Shown here piece by piece: positions 58,161-64,000 of a DNA stretch of 64,000 nt. The notes beneath the pieces are model-generated. The model was not told where the DNA came from, searched no databases, and saw only the letters and a list, made by a program, of their open reading frames with translations. Numbering within the stretch: position 1 is the stretch's first letter; the number at the start of each line of letters is the position of its first letter. The position numbers and the translations under genes were made by a program. Origin of the DNA: Felis catus. Lineage: Eukaryota. The stretch spans positions 58,652,001 to 58,716,000 of the forward strand of contig NC_058384.1 in assembly GCF_018350175.1 (NCBI RefSeq), written 5' to 3'.

Positions 58161-59615
58161 AAACTTCTTTTTTTTAATTTCAGGAAACTTCTTCACTTAC
58201 AGTTTAACATTTGCCACGTTGCCTCATTTTTGGTTTTCTTTTTCAAGGGCTCTAATTATGTGTATGTTGGACCCTCTTTGCCTATCTTCCATATTTGCCA
58301 TTTTCATGGAGTCCTTTTCATCTCAATAGCTGTTTCTCTTTCATTTTTAAATTTTTCCTGTTTTTCAATTTCCATTTACCTTAAGGTGTAATCTTTTGTG
58401 TGTCTTCTATTCTAGTCTTGTTTACTGACATTATGATTCTTTAGTTTCTAATACTTTCTGAGTTCTAGCATCATATTCTGAACTCTGGTTCTGATTTGTG
58501 TTGTTTTGTCATGTTTTGTATCCATTTGTTAATGTTACTCAGCTTGTTTTGAAACAGTAAGTTACAGTTTTGATCTGTTTTGTAAACATAACTTTCAGCT
58601 ATGCTTTCATTGTATTTAGAGATGTTATTCTGCTTTTGCCCCTTTTTGCTCATAGCTTTGTTTCAGAATTGATCTTGATATTTCCCTGTTGTTCATTTTT
58701 ATGTGAGGTTAGTTTCTTGAACTTTAAAAAGATGTGTGGTTTGACGTAGCTTTTCTAAGTTATAGAGTTTCTTTTTCTGTTGTCATCAGGTAATGTTTAA
58801 AAATATAAAGCTTGCTATTTAAGACTTCCTGGTCTATTTCCCCATCCCCCTTTTTATCTATACATTTCTATTGTTTCTACTGCCCTTATCTCAGCTAAGT
58901 TTGATCCCAACCCCAGTGATTTCTCCTCCATATCAGGTGTTGTCCTGAAACAGATGACAAATTTCAAGAATTCATACAGTCTAGACTCTTCCACCCCTTG
59001 GAGACCTCACATGAGCCCACTGCCAGAAGATGACAAAAGTTGTCCAAATTTTTTTTTGCTCTTCTCAAATTAGACTGTGAGTTTTCCAGTGAATACTTAT
59101 TGGCTATTTGGGGTTTTCTTCTTCTCAGATTTACTAAGTGTTCCATTGCTTTCCTTTGCTTCCTCCTGAACAGACACTAAGTTTGGGACCTTTTGCTAGT
59201 TTCTCCCTACCCAGATGAATTTTGGAGTTCAAGAGAACACCCTGTTAGCTTTTTTTGTAAATGTTGTACCTAGGATCTTAGTTTTTTTTAAATCATTTTC
59301 TCTGTGCTAAAAATGAAATTCAAAACTATGCTGCTCTCTCCATCTTCTCAGAATGCCTTTGATAATGAATACATATCTTGACCTATAGAAAGAATCTAGA
59401 CCATGACTACAAAGATCCAGGGGATGTAAATTTCAGACGATGTTTACAATTCCCCTACACAGAGACTATTACACATGTAGGTTAAGAAGAGCAACCATGA
59501 GGTGCATGAATGTCTACACAGACACAGAAACCACCAATAGTCCCACCATCTTACACCACCAAAGCTCACCCTCTTAAAATTGAGAAAAATCTGGGGCCAA
59601 TATTGGCACAGATTT

Positions 59616-59617
<2 letters not shown>

Positions 59618-59652
<35 letters not shown>

Positions 59653-59680
59653 ATACACATATGCACACATGCATACACAT
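59618..59680. repeat. (CA)n microsatellite with degenerate extension
   Basis: Direct reading. Confidence 0.95.
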
Positions 59681-59960
59681 CTGATCTGTTGACTGCTGGT
59701 CTAACCGCTGGAGACCATCCATCAAAAAATATACCAGAGAACAATAGAGAGATGATCCAAGTGCATGTTAACAGGTGCCCTTTTAAACATTCTGATTAGT
59801 GACAAATGAAAATCAAGGTATTCAATGAAGTGGCAGCATCTCACCTAAATCTGAGTGAATTTTGTTATGTTTTGGTATTAAAAATGTTCAATCTGATATG
59901 TTAAAAAATTGAACAACTAGAATAGCAGAGTCAAAGATTCACTTAAAAACTGCTGCAAGA

Positions 59961-60215
59961 GGGGCACCTGGGTGACTCAGTCAAGCTTCTGACTCCTGAT
60001 TTCGGCTCAGGCTGTGGTCGCACCGTTCATGGGTTCGAGCCCCACATTGGGCTCTGGGTTGACAGCACAGAGCCTGCTTGGGATTCTCTCTCTCCTTCTC
60101 TCTCTCTGCCCCTTCCCTGCTCTCTCTCAAAATAAATAAAGAAACTTAAAAAAAAAAAGAAACAATGAATCAACATTTGTTTTAAAACTTCAAAACAAAA
60201 AGAAAAGAAAAGAAA
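59961..60215 (+). mobile_element. CanSINE (first of tandem pair)
   Basis: Full SINE with long composite A tail; flanked by CTGCT(G/A)CAAGA. Confidence 0.92.
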
Positions 60216-60232
60216 CTAAAACTGCTACAAGA

Positions 60233-60440
60233 GAGGCACCTGGGTGGCTCAGTAGGTTAAGCATCTGACTTTAGCTCAGGTCATGATCTCATGGTTCGTG
60301 GGTTTGAACCCCACATCAGGTTGTCCGCTGTCAGCACGGAGCCCACTTCAGATCCTCTGTCTCCCTCTCTCTGCCTCTTCCCTGCTTTCTCTCTATCAAA
60401 AATAAATAAACATTTAATTAATTAATTAATTAATTAATGC
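60233..60440 (+). mobile_element. CanSINE (second of tandem pair)
   Basis: Full SINE with (TTAA)n tail; flanked by CTGCTACAAGA. Confidence 0.92.
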
Positions 60441-60689
60441 AATCTGCTACAAGAAAACAAGATAAAAAGGTATCCCTGCAAACTCTCAAATACAAATGAT
60501 GTGGAGACAAACCACAGATCACTCCCAGTATCAGCACTTATGTAAGACAAAGCGGAGGGAAGGCAAGCGAGCTCTAAATAGCCCTGAAAACAGAACTCAC
60601 AACCACCCACAGGTACTCATTGGAAAACAGAAAGCATGGTGGGCCCATCTGAGAACAGCTGTCAAACTAGAAGTGATTTCTGCAGAATC

Positions 60690-61412
60690 TAATTCATTAT
60701 GGAAACTCTACAGCAAAAGCAGCCAGTTTCTTCAACATCAAAGACAAGAAAAAAAAAATGAGACAGAGAGGAAATCTATAAAGTAAAAGACATTTAAAGA
60801 GCCATATCAACCAATGAGACAGTTGGAACATGTTTTGGAATCCAATTCAAATAAAAAAACTAAAACAATTTAAAGATGGCCAGTGAAATATGAGCAATGA
60901 ATGCATATTTAATTATATTAAAGAACTCACATTGATTTATTTAGGTGTTGTAGTAATGTTGTGGTTATGCTTTTGAAAGTAGTCTTCATTTTCTGGAAAC
61001 GCATATGAAATATTTACAGATGAAATGCCATGATATTTGGAATTTACTTCAAAATCATCCTGTTGGTAGGGGATGGGTGGGAGTATAGACGAAGGAAGAT
61101 TGTCCATGTAATGATCACTTTTTTTAATGTTTATTTACTTATCTTAGAGAGAGAGAGGAGAGGAGGGGCAGAGAGAGAGGAAGACAGATAATCCCAAGCA
61201 AAGCTCTGTGCTATCAGCACAAAACCCCACACTGGGCTTGAGCTCACGAACCGCAAGATCATAACCAGAGCTGAGATCAAGAGTTAGACGCTTAACCGAC
61301 TGAGCCGCCCAGTTGCCCCCACGTAGTAATCACTTTTGAAGTTGATACATTGGCTTTATTGTAGTAATGTCTCTACTTCTGTATATGTTTGAAATTTTCC
61401 ATAATGAAAAAT
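60690..61412 (+). mobile_element. L1MC-type 3' UTR, interrupted by a SINE
   Basis: GAAATATTTACAGATGAAATG...ATATTTGGAATTTACTTCAAAAT...TCTCTACTTCTGTATATGTTTGAAATTTTCCATAAT. Confidence 0.78.
61118..61320 (-). mobile_element. CanSINE
   Basis: Degenerate TSD CA(T/C)GTA(A/G)T(G/A)ATCACTTTT. Confidence 0.9.
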
Positions 61413-61724
61413 CAAAGAAGAGGTTTAACAGAAAAAATATTTTAAAACTACACCTATGATGAAAGCAGCAAAGTAGTACACCAACTGAGGGGGGTGTGTG
61501 TCTTCAAGGAAGCAGGAAGACAGTCACAAACACAGGCATCTCACAGAAAGCCACGTGGACCATTCAGGGTCCCTAGGGATGCTAACTCATCTCTTGATCT
61601 TGTACAACCTAAGTCTAAAAAGAAAGAAAACTGGATGAAGATTATATTCAAAGAGGCAACTAATTAACTAGTTTTAGACACTATTAGATCCTAGAGACAG
61701 GCTCAAAGAGAAATGGAAAAGCAC

Positions 61725-61775
61725 TTTTTTTTTATTTTAGAGAGAAAGAGTGCACGGGGGAGGGCAGAGGGAGAG

Positions 61776-61828
<53 letters not shown>

Positions 61829-61949
61829 TAAGCAGGCTCCACACGGAGTGCAGAGTCCAACATGAGGCTCGATCCCATGACCCTGGGATCATAAACTGAG
61901 CTAAAACCCAGAGTTAGACACTCAAGTGACTGGGCCACCCAAGTGCCCC
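61725..61949 (-). mobile_element. Older CanSINE with (GA)n expansion
   Basis: Full antisense SINE. Confidence 0.9.
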
Positions 61950-62830
61950 TGGACAGTAATTTTCAAGAAAAAAAAAACAAAACTTGTATGTGTTTATTAG
62001 CAACATACAAAGTAAGGCAGTTCAAACTGACCCTATTTATGCCAAGAAACTCAATGCAAAAGAAGTATCAGAAAGCACCAGAATTTCCTTTCAAGGCAGG
62101 TTTGTCATGGATGAAAATGAGATGGGAACGTTATACAGTACGAATGAACTCCGTGCATCAGCCATGAAAGATCAGGAAGGAGTAAAGTCAGCCCTCAGAC
62201 GGGGAGCCGAAGTTCTCATTTGAGTCCTTTCTTCTCCACCTTCTAAGTCTGTGTCTTCATTTTTCTGAGCCTGAGTTTCCTGCTCTCCTACGGACGCTGA
62301 GTTGGATCCAGGACTCGGTGTAGGGATTTATGTAGGCAAGTGTGCCTTGTCAACTGTGTAGCCAGCACTTTCCATCAACCACAGGGCCTGCAGTGCTGGC
62401 ACATCCGGGTGATTAATAAATTGACACCAGTGCTGGCTGGAGCTCTGGGTCATTAGAGTTTAAAGACAAATATGAGACAAGTTCTGGCATTCTGTATTGC
62501 ACTTCAAATGCTCCTTCCACACTAAAGACTCAGCAATTTTCGCCAAGCGTTGCAAGGCCAAGAAGAAATCAGGTTATAAATCAGCCTTTGGCCTTTTCTG
62601 GTCTTATTTTCACTCTTGTTGGAAAAACTGGTTTAAAAAAGAAAGACCATGTCCCGTAGTCTTAACACCAAAACAGATTAAAATCCCAGCTCCATCATTT
62701 CCAAGTTCAGTGACCTTGGGCAAATTACCTGACGTCTCTAACCCTTGGCACCTCACCTGAATAACGTGGATACCGATATTCCCTCCTCTGGACCGTTGTA
62801 AGGATTACATTCAAGAAAATTTTGTGAATA

Positions 62831-62982
62831 GGGGCGCCTGGGGGGCTATGCGTCGGTTAAGCAGCTGACTTGGGCTCAGGTCTTGATTGCACAGTTCACA
62901 AGTACGAGCCCCGCCTTGGGCTCTGTGCTGACAGCTCGGAGCCTGGAACTTGCTTCAGATTCTGTGTCTGCCTCTCTCTCTG
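62831..62982 (+). mobile_element. CanSINE running into assembly gap
   Basis: Head and body up to the (CT)n tract, then Ns. Confidence 0.9.
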
Positions 62983-63115
62983 NNNNNNNNNNNNNNNNNN
63001 NNNNNNNNNNNNNNNNNNNNNNNNNNNNNNNNNNNNNNNNNNNNNNNNNNNNNNNNNNNNNNNNNNNNNNNNNNNNNNNNNNNNNNNNNNNNNNNNNNNN
63101 NNNNNNNNNNNNNNN
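62983..63115. other. Assembly gap (133 N)
   Basis: Run of N. Confidence 1.
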
Positions 63116-63148
63116 CTTAACCAGTCCTGGAACACAATAAGTAGTTGC

Positions 63149-63183
<35 letters not shown>
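63149..63183. repeat. (AAT)n microsatellite
   Basis: About 11 AAT units. Confidence 0.97.
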
Positions 63184-63184
<1 letters not shown>

Positions 63185-63576
63185 GTTAATATGGTGTTAC
63201 TGTTATTACTATTAACAGCCACGCCAGGCAGTTTATCTGAGCTTTCTTTTCTCAAATTTGTCCCAGTCTTAGGTACACTGTAAATGTTTATAACATATTT
63301 CAACAGACAGTAATTATTTGGCCATTTGTAACCTGCGTCTATTCAGGGGTCTTCGTATCTCACTTGGTCGCAGTTTGAGAATTAGATACTTGAGATTTAC
63401 ATAGATAACAGCCTGTATATGAACAGAAGCGAAGAGATACGTGCCTCTGTTTTCCCAGGCTTGGATGCAGAAACAGATCACAAGATATTTCTCACAGGCT
63501 TAAAATTGAGGAAAGCAGTTTGTTTCAATGGAATTTGATATTCAGAAGGAATACCATTTCCTTCTTTTTTTCTAAG

Positions 63577-63836
63577 TTTTTTTTTAATGTTTCTTTTCTT
63601 TTACGAGAGAGAGAGAGAGCATAAGCAAGGGAGGGCAGAAAGAGAGGGGGCCAGGGGTGCCTGGGTGGCTCAGTCGGTTAAGCACCGGACTTCTGCTGAG
63701 GTCACGATCTCACAGTTCGTGGGTTTGAGCCCTGCGTCGGGCTCTGTGCTGACAGCTCAGAGCTCAGAGCTCAGAGCCTGGAGCCTGCTCTGGTTTCTGT
63801 GTCTCCCTCTCTCTCTCTGCCCCTCTCCCACTTGCA

Positions 63837-63869
<33 letters not shown>

Positions 63870-64000
63870 AAAAATAAACATTGAAAACATTTTTTTTTTT
63901 AAAGAGAGGGGGACAGAGGATCTGAAGCAGACTTTGCGCTCACAGCAGCGAGCCTGATGCGGGGCTCGAACCCCCAAACCGTGAGATCATGAGCTGAGCC
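63577..64000 (-). mobile_element. CanSINE host (antisense), interrupted by a nested sense SINE; head beyond window
   Basis: Tail and (GA)n at 63577-63653 resume at 63901-64000. Confidence 0.9.
63654..63900 (+). mobile_element. CanSINE nested in CanSINE
   Basis: TSD AAAGAGAGGGGG(C/A)CA at 63639 and 63901; internal CTCAGAG x3. Confidence 0.95.

Larger units (their letters stand above)
56655..59358 (-). mobile_element. HAL1-like / old L1M ORF1-region element, interrupted by two SINEs
   Basis: T-rich; TTTTCTAGCAGATTTCCCAG...ATATTCCCTGAGTTCTTACATGTT resembles recalled HAL1; 5'-end-like CCATCTTCTCAGAA at about 59340. Confidence 0.6.

Noticed and set aside
1-64000. CRISPR array, rRNA, prokaryotic operon or horizontally acquired coding DNA
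   Set aside because: Recurrent sequences are all mammalian retroposons or simple repeats; no regularly spaced repeats and no gene-dense segment

Overview
Mammalian, felid-like non-coding DNA (intergenic or deep intronic). The felid call rests on young SINEC_Fc-type CanSINEs and L1_Fc-type 3' ends. I found no credible protein-coding exon, processed pseudogene, functional RNA gene or CRISPR; the listed ORFs are chance frames or come from SINE/LTR/microsatellite sequence. A large part of the window is interspersed repeat: about 35 tRNA-Lys-derived CanSINEs of several ages (many with clear TSDs, several nested), three short L1_Fc-type 3' insertions, an isolated carnivore L1 5'UTR, old L1M/HAL1-like and L2/MIR relics, MaLR (MLT1) solo LTRs, hAT/Tigger MITEs (MER20, MER53, MER58A, MER63A, MER3, MER102, MER82), and two related ERV1-type solo LTRs. 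The most unusual structure is that LTR pair. The 723-bp copy has an internally duplicated U3 with a second TGATG terminus, and the 439-bp copy, which has its own 4-bp TSD, starts exactly at that internal terminus. Between repeats lie several repeat-free blocks with dense TF-motif clusters (best near 30.6-31.1 kb, 52.4-53.3 kb, 55.0-55.4 kb and 23.9-24.3 kb) that are candidate enhancers or promoters. There is one 133-N assembly gap. Repeat family names come from my recall of consensus sequences, not a database search, and boundaries of old elements are approximate. I cannot support a novel coding system here.
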